Of a DNA stretch of 32,000 nt, positions 18,891 to 27,922 are shown in pieces. The notes under the pieces were generated by a model. The model was not told the origin of the DNA and ran no database searches. It saw nothing but the letters and a program-made list of their open reading frames with translations. The number at the start of each line of letters is the position of its first letter. The first letter of the stretch is position 1. This DNA is from an uncultured archaeon (GTDB lineage: Archaea; Iainarchaeota; Iainarchaeia; Iainarchaeales; Iainarchaeaceae): positions 1-32,000 of the forward strand of contig CAZNZM010000007.1 of NCBI GenBank assembly GCA_964577555.1. The letters run 5' to 3'. A program made the position numbers and the translations under genes.

Positions 18891-19335
18891 CAAAAAACAA
18901 AAATTAAAATTAAAAAAATGTTCAAAAAAACAGACGGTAAAAAAATCAAAAATAAAAAGAGACAAAAATTAAATTTATGACAAGAAAAAAATAAATGGGC
19001 TAAAAACTTGGCTTGAAAAAAAAGATTGTGAAAAACAAACAACAAAAAATAATTGAAAAATGGCTTGCAAACCAAAACGATGGCTGAAAAATTCTCTCAA
19101 AAAACAAGACAAGAAAACAGGTTAAAAAGAAAAAAGTTGAAGACAAAAAGTCAATTCAATTTTTGTTTAACTAAAAAAGTTTTTTGGAAAAATTTCAACC
19201 ATAAACTAAAAATCATTTATAATTAAAAATTTGATATTAAACGACGAAAAGAATATTTAAAAACATCTAAAAAACGATTTCTGCAAATAATCAGCAACAC
19301 TAATATTTTTATACTTCTGTTAGATTGGATATATA
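18891..19335. other. 445-bp A-rich (+ strand) non-coding region with scattered TGGCT motifs
   Basis: Runs of A5-A8 separated by short heteropolymers. Motif instances: aaatgggctaaaaacttggcttgaaaaaaaa and aaaaatggcttgcaaaccaaaacgatggctgaaaaa (about 18992-19090). Every frame is interrupted by stops. The composition mirrors the reverse complement of 1-457. Confidence 0.6.
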
Positions 19336-20334
19336 ATGGCTAGAAAACCGTCAAGAAAAATTACATTGATAAGAGAAGGTCCAAAATATTCCAGGCTTGC
19401 CTTGGAACGCTTTCGAGCACGTTCGCCCAAATTATATGAAATTCTTCGAGAAACTCTTTCTAAAATATTTGCCAACAGACCCATATTTGTTAATTTAGTA
19501 TTTAATAATGGTCCATTGAGTTCTTCTGATTTATCCCATTTAATTAGATTGTTTGAAGAATCAAAGTACAATTATTTGAAAGAATTTTCGTACGTTAGAC
19601 AAAATGAAATCCGTTTATCTTTTTCTCGCGACTATAAGCCAGTTTTAAATTTTTTTCAAAGTAATGCAATAAGAAAATTTAAAGAAGCAGTGAATAACGA
19701 AAAAATTGCAAGAATTTATATTGACATCTTGTTCAATTTTCATTTTTTCAAGAAGAAAAAATTTTCAATGTTATTCAGAAGAAAGCCAAAAAATTTTATT
19801 CTTGCATTTAATTCTCTTGCAGAATCGTTTGGTTATAAGGCAACCCCTATAAAAAGTGATAATGCAAATGAAGAAAAATTCATTTATGAAAAAAGAATAA
19901 AATCAGTTCCTATGCAAAATAAATCTTTCTTTCTAACACCTGCACAAACTTCAGCTTTCAATAGTTTGTATAAAGCTTGTGGCAAAATAACGCCTTATTT
20001 AAAATCATCATCCGATCCTTTTTTTGTTTTTAATTTTTATGATAATTTGCAGAAAAAGCTTAATACTCCTAAAAAACCCAGTGTTTTAGAATTAAGTTTT
20101 CCTATTGAATTTATTCAATTAGAAACGAATCCAGAAATAAATGAATTTATTGCTTCGTTAAATACTTTGATGCATGTTTCAGGTTACAAAGGATTAAAAG
20201 TTTTAGAAAGCAAATCAGGTCTTATATTATCATACTTTAGGTATGTTGATCCTAAAATAGGAATTCACAATTTTAAACCTATTCCAACTCTAATCTGGAC
20301 GAAGGAAAATGATACTAATAGAGTAGCCTTATAA
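19336..20334 (+). CDS. Orphan 332-aa basic protein, no recognisable domain
   Basis: A 999-nt ORF in AT-rich DNA is very unlikely by chance. ATG start, with TTTTTATAC about 33 nt upstream and a T8 terminator 19 nt after the stop. Basic N-terminus MARKPSRKITLIREGPKYSR. No TM helices and no catalytic motif that I recognise. Confidence 0.8.
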   Translation: MARKPSRKITLIREGPKYSRLALERFRARSPKLYEILRETLSKIFANRPIFVNLVFNNGPLSSSDLSHLIRLFEESKYNYLKEFSYVRQNEIRLSFSRDYKPVLNFFQSNAIRKFKEAVNNEKIARIYIDILFNFHFFKKKKFSMLFRRKPKNFILAFNSLAESFGYKATPIKSDNANEEKFIYEKRIKSVPMQNKSFFLTPAQTSAFNSLYKACGKITPYLKSSSDPFFVFNFYDNLQKKLNTPKKPSVLELSFPIEFIQLETNPEINEFIASLNTLMHVSGYKGLKVLESKSGLILSYFRYVDPKIGIHNFKPIPTLIWTKENDTNRVAL

Positions 20335-20352
20335 ATGTTAGTCATCATAATG

Positions 20353-20360
20353 TTTTTTTT
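20353..20360 (+). terminator. Oligo-T (T8) terminator candidate
   Basis: The T8 run lies 19 nt downstream of the stop at 20332-20334. Confidence 0.4.
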
Positions 20361-20468
20361 AGATGAACGGGTTTTGTTGTTCAAAAGACTACTTTTTGCA
20401 AAAACCTGTTTTTTTGTCCTTTAATATCCTTGCAATATTTTTTGTTTTTTTCACAGCGGTGGTTTTTG

Positions 20469-21539
20469 ATGGAAGCAAAGCTCGTTCTTGAAGACGGAAC
20501 CGAATTTAAAGGAGAATCTTTCGGATATGCGCGTTCCACTTCAGGAGAAGTTGTTTTTAATACTGGCATGGTTGGTTATCCTGAAAGTCTTACAGATCCG
20601 AGCTATGCCGGACAAGTGCTTTGCTTGACTTATCCATTAATTGGAAATTATGGCGTGCCTGAAAAGGTGCTTGAACAAGGAGTGTTGAAAAATTTCGAGT
20701 CTCACAAAATCCAAGTCAAGGCTTTGGTGGTCAATCAATATTCTGAAAATTATTCCCATTACACTGCTGTCAAATCTTTGGGAGACTGGCTTAAAAATGA
20801 AAAAATTCCAGGAATTACAGGCATTGATGTAAGGGCTTTGACAAAAATTTTGCGCGAAAAAGGCACAATGTTGGGCAAAGTAGTTATAGACAATCAAGAA
20901 ATTGATTTTTATGATCCTAATAAAGAAAATTTAGTTGAAGAAGCCAGCATTCACAAGCCGATTATTTATGGAAAATCCGGAAAAAAAATTTTGCTGATTG
21001 ATTGCGGGGTAAAAAACAATATCATTCATTCCTTGCTTAAGCGAAATACTGTTGTTATTAGGGTTCCTTGGGATTATGATTTTCTTTCAAGTGAAAACCC
21101 TTATGACTTTGATGGGGTTTTGATAAGCAATGGTCCAGGGGATCCAAAAATGTGTGTTGAAACAATAAAAAACATTCGCAAGGCAATGGAAAAAGAAATT
21201 CCCATTTTTGGAATTTGCTTGGGCAATCAACTTCTTGCTTTGGCATCTGGCGGAGACACTTATAAATTAAAATACGGGCACAGAAGCCAAAATCAACCAG
21301 TTTATGTTGTTGGCGAAAAAAAGTGCTTCATAACTAGTCAAAACCACGGTTTTGCTGTCAATGAAAAAACACTTTCCAATGGTTGGGTGCCTTGGATGAG
21401 AAACGCCAATGATGATACTAATGAAGGCATAAGACACAGGCAAAAACCTTTTTTTTCCGTACAATTTCACCCGGAAGCAAGCCCCGGGCCTTCTGATACG
21501 GAATTTTTATTTGACGAGTTTTTGAAGGTGTTGAAATGA
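20469..21539 (+). CDS. carA: Carbamoyl-phosphate synthase small (glutaminase) subunit
   Basis: MEAKLVLEDGTEFKGESFG N-terminus, GATase-I catalytic GICLGNQLL, and HGFAV...QFHPE. The ORF-track start at 20430 is TTG, so I prefer the ATG at 20469, preceded by GGTGG. Confidence 0.95.
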   Translation: MEAKLVLEDGTEFKGESFGYARSTSGEVVFNTGMVGYPESLTDPSYAGQVLCLTYPLIGNYGVPEKVLEQGVLKNFESHKIQVKALVVNQYSENYSHYTAVKSLGDWLKNEKIPGITGIDVRALTKILREKGTMLGKVVIDNQEIDFYDPNKENLVEEASIHKPIIYGKSGKKILLIDCGVKNNIIHSLLKRNTVVIRVPWDYDFLSSENPYDFDGVLISNGPGDPKMCVETIKNIRKAMEKEIPIFGICLGNQLLALASGGDTYKLKYGHRSQNQPVYVVGEKKCFITSQNHGFAVNEKTLSNGWVPWMRNANDDTNEGIRHRQKPFFSVQFHPEASPGPSDTEFLFDEFLKVLK

Positions 21540-24500
21540 CAAATTTGGTTAAGCCCAAAAAAGTTCTTGTTATTGGTTCAGGCGCTCTTCAAATAGGACA
21601 GGCAGGAGAATTTGATTATTCTGGATCTCAGGCAATAAAAGCTTTGAAAGAAGAAGGCATAAAAGTTGTTGTAATAAACCCGAATATTGCAACGGTGCAA
21701 ACATCCAAAGGATTTGCAGACGAAGTATATTTTGTTCCAATAACTCCTTATTTTGTGGAAGAAGTGATAAAACGCGAAAAACCAGATGGTATTTTGCTTT
21801 CTTTTGGCGGTCAAACCGCATTAAATTGTGGAGTTGAATTGGAAAGGTCAAAAGTTTTGGAAAAACATGGCGTAAAAGTTCTTGGCACACAAGTTCGAAG
21901 CATAGAACTTACAGAAGATCGCGCTTTGTTTAACAAAGAACTTAAAAAAATAGGAGTAAAAATGCCCAAATCTTTTGCAGTTACTAATGTAAAGGACGCA
22001 TTAATTGCGGCAAAAAAAATAGGTTATCCAGTAATGTTGCGCATAGCTTATGCGCTTGGCGGAAAAGGAAGCGGGGTAGCCAAAAACGAAGCAGAGCTTA
22101 ATGAAATGGCTGTGCGCGCTTTCAAAACTGCTCCCCAAATACTTGTGGAAGAATATTTGGCTGGTTGGAAAGAAATAGAATACGAAGTTGTAAGAGATTC
22201 ATACGATAATTGCATAGTGATATGCAACATGGAAAATTTTGATCCTTTGGGAATACATACCGGAGAAAGCATAGTTGTTGCGCCCTCCCAAACATTAAAC
22301 AACCATGAATATCACATGTTAAGAGAGATTTCAATAAAAGTAATAAGGCATTTGGGAATTGTCGGGGAATGTAATATTCAATTCGCGCTTGACCCTAACA
22401 GCAATGAGTATAGGGTGATTGAGGTTAATGCAAGGCTTTCAAGGAGTTCCGCATTGGCTTCAAAAGCCACTGGCTATCCTCTTGCATCTGTTGCAGCCAA
22501 ACTTTCTCTTGGCTATAGCCTTCTTGATTTGCAAAATTCAATTACAAAAGCCACTAAAGCATGTTTTGAACCAGCATTGGATTATGTTGTAGTAAAAATT
22601 CCGCGCTGGGATTTGCAAAAATTCAGAAACGTGAGCAAAAAAATAGGCTCTGAAATGAAAAGCGTTGGAGAAGTAATGGCTATTGGCAGGACATTTGAAG
22701 AGGCTTTGCAAAAAGCAATAAGAATGTTGCATATAGGAATGTACGGGCTTGTAGGAAACAAAGTTTATTTCAAAAAACTGGCTGAAGAAGTAAAATATCC
22801 CACTGATAAAAGAATATTTGCGATAGTTGAAGCAATTGAAAAAAAAGTGCCAATAGAAAAAATTCATCAAGCTTCAAAAATAGACAAGTGGTTCCTTTGC
22901 AAAATGCAGGAAATAGTGAAAACCAAAAAAGAACTTGAAAAAATCAACCTTGAAACTCTTGATAAGGAAACTCTTTTGAAGGCGAAAAAACAAGGTTTTT
23001 CAGACAAGCAAATAGCCATGTTGATAGGCGCCAAATCAGAATTGGATGTTAGGGAAAAAAGAAAATTTTTTGGAATAAGGCCTTTTGTAAAACAAATAGA
23101 CACTTTGGCTGCAGAGTATCCTGCAAAAACTAATTATTTGTATTTGACATACAATGGAGTTTCACATGATATAGAATTTTCCCAACCAAAATCTATTATT
23201 GTGCTTGGTTCAGGAGCCTATAGAATAGGAAGCTCAGTGGAATTTGATTATTGTTGTGTCGGCGCATCAAAAACAGCCAGAAAGTTAAATTACAATTCAA
23301 TAATGATCAACTTTAATCCTGAAACAGTTTCAACCGATTATGACGAGTGCGACAGGCTTTATTTTGAAGAATTGAGCTTTGAAACGATTGCAGACATATA
23401 TGAACTTGAAAAACCTTTTGGGGTTGTCATTTCAATGGGTGGACAAATACCAAACAACTTGGCTTTGAAATTACACAATGCTGGTTTTAGGGTTCTTGGA
23501 ACTTCGCCTGAAAACATTGATATTGCAGAAGACAGGCACAAATTCAGTTCTTTGTGCGATTCTCTTGGAATACCACAACCAGAATGGAAAGAACTCACAA
23601 ATTTGGATGATGTGAAGCAATTTGCATCAAAAACAGGTTTTCCAGTTTTGGTCAGGCCTTCTTATGTTTTAAGCGGCCAAGCAATGGCCGTGGCTTTTAA
23701 TGATAAGGAACTTGAACAGTATATAAAAAACGCTACTTCAGTAAACAAAGAGCACCCGGTTGTAGTGAGTAAATTTATTTTGAATGCAAGGGAAATAGAG
23801 TTGGATGCAATAGCTTTTAATGGAGAAATAATAGATTTTGCTGTTATAGAACACATTGAAAACGCCGGAGTTCATTCAGGCGATGCCACCATGGTTCTTC
23901 CTCCTCAAAAAATTTATTTGGAAACAGTCAGAAAAATAAAAGACATAGGAAAAAAACTTGCAAGTGCATTAAAAATATCAGGACCGTTCAACATACAATT
24001 TTTGGCAAAAGACAACGATGTAATGGTAATAGAGTGCAATCTTCGAGCTTCCAGGTCAATGCCTTTTGTTTCAAAAGTGCTTGGGCATGATTTTATTGAA
24101 TCTGCTTCAATGATTTTGCTTGGAGAAAAACCCATTAAAAGCCACAAATCTTTTTTTGATTTGGATTATGTTGGCGTAAAAGCCCCTCAATTCTCTTTTT
24201 CAAGGCTCAGAGGTGCTGACCCTGTTTCAGGAGTTGAAATGGCTTCCACCGGTGAAGTAGGTTGTCTTGGAAAGGATTTTGACGACGCCTTTCTTAAAGC
24301 GCTATTAAGCACAGGTTACGTTATTCCAAAAAAAAGCATTCTTGTATCGCTTACAGGAGATGCAAACAGGCAAAAATTTCTTGACGAGTTGAAGGAACTT
24401 TCAAAAAGCAATTTTTTGATTTATGCGACAGAACATACTGCCGAATTCCTGAAAAACAATAAAATTCCATGCAAAATGGTTTTTAAAATTCATGAAAAAA

Positions 24501-24733
24501 AATCGCCAAACGTGATAGAACTTTTTCAAAAGAGCAAGGTTGATTTGGCAATAATAGTGGCTGATCCTTTCAAGCAAATTGCAACCGATCCAAAGTATGA
24601 TGTAAGGCGTGCAGCAGTGGATTACAACGTGCCTCTCATCACAAATATCCAAATAGCTTCAAGTTTTGTAAGAGCCATAGTCAGAAAAAAATTGGTTGAT
24701 CTTGAAGTAAAACCATGGAACTGCTATACTTAA
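21536..24733 (+). CDS. carB: Carbamoyl-phosphate synthase large subunit
   Basis: 1065 aa. Duplicated ATP-grasp halves (GSGALQIGQAGEFDYSG and GSGAYRIGSSVEFDYC) and a C-terminal MGS-like domain. ATGA overlap with carA. Confidence 0.97.
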   Translation: MTNLVKPKKVLVIGSGALQIGQAGEFDYSGSQAIKALKEEGIKVVVINPNIATVQTSKGFADEVYFVPITPYFVEEVIKREKPDGILLSFGGQTALNCGVELERSKVLEKHGVKVLGTQVRSIELTEDRALFNKELKKIGVKMPKSFAVTNVKDALIAAKKIGYPVMLRIAYALGGKGSGVAKNEAELNEMAVRAFKTAPQILVEEYLAGWKEIEYEVVRDSYDNCIVICNMENFDPLGIHTGESIVVAPSQTLNNHEYHMLREISIKVIRHLGIVGECNIQFALDPNSNEYRVIEVNARLSRSSALASKATGYPLASVAAKLSLGYSLLDLQNSITKATKACFEPALDYVVVKIPRWDLQKFRNVSKKIGSEMKSVGEVMAIGRTFEEALQKAIRMLHIGMYGLVGNKVYFKKLAEEVKYPTDKRIFAIVEAIEKKVPIEKIHQASKIDKWFLCKMQEIVKTKKELEKINLETLDKETLLKAKKQGFSDKQIAMLIGAKSELDVREKRKFFGIRPFVKQIDTLAAEYPAKTNYLYLTYNGVSHDIEFSQPKSIIVLGSGAYRIGSSVEFDYCCVGASKTARKLNYNSIMINFNPETVSTDYDECDRLYFEELSFETIADIYELEKPFGVVISMGGQIPNNLALKLHNAGFRVLGTSPENIDIAEDRHKFSSLCDSLGIPQPEWKELTNLDDVKQFASKTGFPVLVRPSYVLSGQAMAVAFNDKELEQYIKNATSVNKEHPVVVSKFILNAREIELDAIAFNGEIIDFAVIEHIENAGVHSGDATMVLPPQKIYLETVRKIKDIGKKLASALKISGPFNIQFLAKDNDVMVIECNLRASRSMPFVSKVLGHDFIESASMILLGEKPIKSHKSFFDLDYVGVKAPQFSFSRLRGADPVSGVEMASTGEVGCLGKDFDDAFLKALLSTGYVIPKKSILVSLTGDANRQKFLDELKELSKSNFLIYATEHTAEFLKNNKIPCKMVFKIHEKKSPNVIELFQKSKVDLAIIVADPFKQIATDPKYDVRRAAVDYNVPLITNIQIASSFVRAIVRKKLVDLEVKPWNCYT

Positions 24734-24741
24734 TTTTTTTT
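24734..24741 (+). terminator. Oligo-T (T8) terminator directly after the carB stop
   Basis: taa at 24731-24733 is followed immediately by T8. Confidence 0.5.
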
Positions 24742-24829
24742 CATTCAATGTGGTTGTTCAAAATTTTTTTATTATTTTATGCATGATTTTTGTCAAAACC
24801 AAGTTTTTATATTATTTTTTTTAGAGGAA

Positions 24830-25387
24830 CTATTTCCATTTTATGTTGCACCCAATCGAAGGTTGTTCTTTGATTGTTACTTTTTTTCCATTCAGGGTTT
24901 GTATTATTGCTTCTTCCAATTCATTTGTTTTTGCATTTTCATGAGGTTGCATATGGGCGTCATCTATTCTTCCATGATAGGCTAATTTGCAAGAGGAATC
25001 AAACAAAAAAGGGTCCGGAGTGCAAGCGGCTCCATAAGCCTTGGCAATTTCCTGTGTTTCGTCCAAAAGATACGGAAAACCGAATTTTTGTTCTTTTGAA
25101 ACTTTTATCATATTTTCAAAATTGTCCTCTTCATACGCGTTTGTATTGTTGCTGTTTATTCCAAACATTGCAAGCCCGTTTTTTGAATACTTGTCATACA
25201 ATTGTTTCAAAAATTTCATTTTTGGTTTGACATAAGGGCAATGGTTGCACATGAAAACCACAAGAACAGCCTTATATTCGCCTTGCTTTGGCAGGGAATG
25301 TACTTTTCCATCAGCGCCAGGAAGAGAAAAGTAGGGGGCGGAATCTCCTTTTTTTAGGACGTCATAATTTGATGGAGTCAAAACCAT
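24830..25387 (-). CDS. Thioredoxin-fold CxxC protein (AhpC/TSA-redoxin-like thiol-disulfide oxidoreductase)
   Basis: VVFMCNHCPYV CxxC motif in a redoxin-like context (FSLPGADGK...). The ORF-track start at 25408 is TTG, so I prefer the ATG at 25387. Confidence 0.8.
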   Translation of the reverse strand: MVLTPSNYDVLKKGDSAPYFSLPGADGKVHSLPKQGEYKAVLVVFMCNHCPYVKPKMKFLKQLYDKYSKNGLAMFGINSNNTNAYEEDNFENMIKVSKEQKFGFPYLLDETQEIAKAYGAACTPDPFLFDSSCKLAYHGRIDDAHMQPHENAKTNELEEAIIQTLNGKKVTIKEQPSIGCNIKWK

Positions 25388-25421
25388 AAAATATACTGCC
25401 CAGAACAAGTTTATAAATTAT

Positions 25422-25742
25422 TCATGTTTTTTTGAACATGAAAAAAACTTTTTCAAAATTTTGCACTTTGCCGAATTTTACTTTTACTCCTTCGTCTTCA
25501 AGCAATTTTTCCTTGGCTTTTTTTCCATAAGCAAAACCGCCAATACATCCATTGCTCATAATTACTCTGTGACAAGGCACTTTCGGCATTCCCGGGCTTT
25601 TATTGCAAGCTTTTCCAACTGCCCTTGAATATTTTAGGCTTCCTAAAGTTTTTGCTATTTCACCATAACTTGTAACCTTGCCTTTTGGCACCATTGAAAT
25701 TAATTCAAAAACCCTCTTTCTAAAATCAGGAATGCTTTGCAT
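25422..25742 (-). CDS. ogt: Methylated-DNA--protein-cysteine methyltransferase, short single-domain form
   Basis: 106 aa with the active-site PCHRVI and VPKGKVTSYGEIA. The longer ORF-track version (to 25820) runs through the tRNA gene, so I prefer the ATG at 25742. Confidence 0.9.
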   Translation of the reverse strand: MQSIPDFRKRVFELISMVPKGKVTSYGEIAKTLGSLKYSRAVGKACNKSPGMPKVPCHRVIMSNGCIGGFAYGKKAKEKLLEDEGVKVKFGKVQNFEKVFFMFKKT

Positions 25743-25747
25743 GTAAG

Positions 25748-25843
25748 TGGGGACACAGGGATTTGAACCCCGATCCACCGGTATCCCCAAAAACTTCTTT
25801 TTTGCTGGAGCCGGTTGCACTAACCTGGTTATGCTATGTCCCC
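25748..25843 (-). tRNA. tRNA-Trp (anticodon CCA) with an about 22-nt intron at the canonical 37/38 position
   Basis: Reverse complement: GGGGACA TA GCAT AACCAGGTTA GTGC A ACCGG CU-CCA-G [CAAAAAAGAAGTTTTTGGGGAT] A CCGGT GGAT CGGGG TTCAAAT CCCTG TGTCCCC A. All four stems pair. The intron 3' GGGG can pair with the CUCC of the anticodon loop, and CAAAAA/TTTTTG forms an inner hairpin, compatible with a bulge-helix-bulge motif. CCA is not encoded. Confidence 0.85.
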
Positions 25844-25868
25844 TTTCAAATAATACAAATAATAGTTG

Positions 25869-25880
25869 GTTTAAAATTTT
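25869..25880 (-). promoter_or_regulatory. TATA-like box for tRNA-Trp
   Basis: AAAATTTTAAAC on the - strand ends 25 nt upstream of the tRNA 5' end, which is typical archaeal TATA spacing. Confidence 0.35.
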
Positions 25881-25900
25881 TCCCTTTGATTCTTTTTTTC

Positions 25901-27175
25901 TTAAGCTAATTTGGTGTGGTTGATTCTTCCTCTTGCCCTTTCCGCTTCAAGAATTTTATTCACCGCTATAATATAAGCGGCTTTTCTGAGACTTACTTTT
26001 TCCCTTTGGCTAACAATTTCAACTTCATTTAATGCATTCGACATTGTTGCTTCAAGCTTTGAATTGATTTCATTTTCTGTCCAATAATAATTTGCCAGGT
26101 TTTGCACCCATTCAAAGTAACTTACTACAACCCCGCCGGAATTAGCCAATATATCTGGAATTATGACATGTCCCTTTTTTTCAAGATAATCATCCGCTTC
26201 AGGGGTTATAGGACCGTTTGCCATCTCAACTATTATATTTGCTTTTATTTTTGTCATGTTGCTTGAATTTATTACATTTTCAACCGCTGAAGGTATGAGA
26301 ATATCAACCGACAATTCAAGCAATTCTTCATTGGTTATTTTTTTGCCATAATGCAATTCATGAATTTTTTTTCCGTTTTCCGTTTCCTCAAAAATCTTTT
26401 TTATGTCAAGTCCCTTTTCATTATAAATTCCTGATTTTGAATCCGAAACAGCCACGATGTCAAAGCCCCATTCATACAATATTTTTGCAATATGCGAACC
26501 AACATTACCAAAACCTTGAATTGCAACCTTAAGCCCTTGTTGTTTTATTCCAGCATTATTCAAGTATTGTTTCAAACAAATAGCCCCGCCAAGCGAAGTT
26601 GAATAAACCCTTCCAAGACTGCCTCCAAGAGACAACGGCTTGCCGGTTATTACTCCAGGAACCTTTGAATTGGTGATTTTTTCATATTCATCAAGCATCC
26701 AACCCATTATTTTTTGATTAGTATTCACATCAGGAGCAGGTATATCAACCCTGTCCCCAATAAATCTTGAAAATTCTTTTATATACTGCCTGCTCAACCT
26801 TTCAAGTTCTTGCTCGCTTAATTTTTTCGGATCAACCTTTATGCCGCCTTTTGCCCCGCCATATGGCAAATTTACTACTGCGCATTTCAAAGCCATTAAA
26901 AAAGCCAACTCTTTTATTTCCTCAACATTCACGCTTTGAGAAAATCTTATACCGCCTTTAGTTGGACCTCTTGCATCATTATATTGCACCCTGTAAGCCG
27001 GAAAAATTTTTATTGAACCGTCATCCATTCTCAATGGAATATTAATGTTTATTGTCCTGGCCGGCTGTGCCAAAATAGCAAGGTCGCTTGCAGAAAAAAA
27101 ACCCAAATCAATTATTTTTTTAAGATAAATTTTACAAATATCGCATTCTATTTCAGGATTTGAATGAAAACTCAT
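25901..27175 (-). CDS. gdhA: Glutamate dehydrogenase (Glu/Leu/Phe/Val dehydrogenase family)
   Basis: GPTKGGIRF, PYGGAKGGIKVDP and the Rossmann motif IQGFGNVGS. The ORF-track start at 27199 is TTG, so I prefer the ATG at 27175. Confidence 0.92.
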   Translation of the reverse strand: MSFHSNPEIECDICKIYLKKIIDLGFFSASDLAILAQPARTININIPLRMDDGSIKIFPAYRVQYNDARGPTKGGIRFSQSVNVEEIKELAFLMALKCAVVNLPYGGAKGGIKVDPKKLSEQELERLSRQYIKEFSRFIGDRVDIPAPDVNTNQKIMGWMLDEYEKITNSKVPGVITGKPLSLGGSLGRVYSTSLGGAICLKQYLNNAGIKQQGLKVAIQGFGNVGSHIAKILYEWGFDIVAVSDSKSGIYNEKGLDIKKIFEETENGKKIHELHYGKKITNEELLELSVDILIPSAVENVINSSNMTKIKANIIVEMANGPITPEADDYLEKKGHVIIPDILANSGGVVVSYFEWVQNLANYYWTENEINSKLEATMSNALNEVEIVSQREKVSLRKAAYIIAVNKILEAERARGRINHTKLA

Positions 27176-27243
27176 CTTACCAACCCATTTTTTTTCCAAT
27201 CCTAATTAAATCTTCAAATTCAATATTCTACTTTTTGATTCAA

Positions 27244-27879
27244 TTAATTTAAATCCTTTTTTATAAAACCTTCACCACTTTTTTTTGACTCAACCAAATA
27301 ATATTTTATTATAGTTTTATGCGGCTTGTATTCCACATAATAAATGCATTCGTTTGGAAACTCTATTTCCATCATTTCATTTCCATTCAAACCAAGAATG
27401 TTTCCAAGCAATAATCTGCAAATTCCGCCATGAGTCACTATTAAAATTTTTCTACTTGAATACTTTTCCTTTAATTCTTTTAAAAAAGGCTTGACCCTAA
27501 ATTCATCAGCTTGCTTGTAACTTTCTCCGCCTTCATGCATGAATTCATACTTGTTATCAACCCTTTCAACCCAATCCCCGGGAAATTTTGATTCTATTTC
27601 ATGTTTGTCCATGCCGCTATATTTTCCTATGTCAATTTCCATCAATTCTTTTCTATAATCCACCTTATTTTTATGGTGTTTCATTATCTCTGAAATTGTT
27701 TGCCTGCATCTTAATTGTGGGGAACAAAATACGTGGTCAAACTTTTCGTCTTTAAGTTTTTCAGCAATTAATTTTGCCTGGATTTTCCCGTGTTCGTTTA
27801 TTGAGGATTCAATCCTGCCTTGAAGCTTTTTTTTGACATTATCGTCGGTTTCGCCATGCCTGCAAATCACAATATCCAT
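27244..27879 (-). CDS. Histidine phosphatase family protein (phosphoglycerate-mutase-like)
   Basis: 211 aa. N-terminal RHGET...N catalytic motif and a later THGG. Confidence 0.85.
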   Translation of the reverse strand: MDIVICRHGETDDNVKKKLQGRIESSINEHGKIQAKLIAEKLKDEKFDHVFCSPQLRCRQTISEIMKHHKNKVDYRKELMEIDIGKYSGMDKHEIESKFPGDWVERVDNKYEFMHEGGESYKQADEFRVKPFLKELKEKYSSRKILIVTHGGICRLLLGNILGLNGNEMMEIEFPNECIYYVEYKPHKTIIKYYLVESKKSGEGFIKKDLN

Positions 27880-27922
27880 GCATTAAAAAAAATCACAAAC
27901 TAATAAAAATTGTCACTTTTTA

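Noticed and set aside
18891-19226. Possible stop-codon readthrough or poly-A sliding giving a Lys-rich C-terminal extension of the Kef-like protein; also a 48-aa ORF at 19080-19226 in the same frame
   Set aside because: The kef frame has about 6 further stops in the next 440 nt, roughly the density expected by chance. There is no specific evidence for recoding.
20430-20468. TTG-initiated N-terminal extensions in the ORF track (carA 20430, gdhA 27199, redoxin 25408, tyrS 12004)
   Set aside because: Each has an ATG a few codons downstream where homology-like sequence begins. The extensions are hydrophobic or low-complexity and look non-native.
25743-25820. 26-codon N-terminal extension of ogt in the ORF track
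   Set aside because: It runs through a well-folding tRNA-Trp gene. The conserved MGMT domain starts at the internal ATG (25742).
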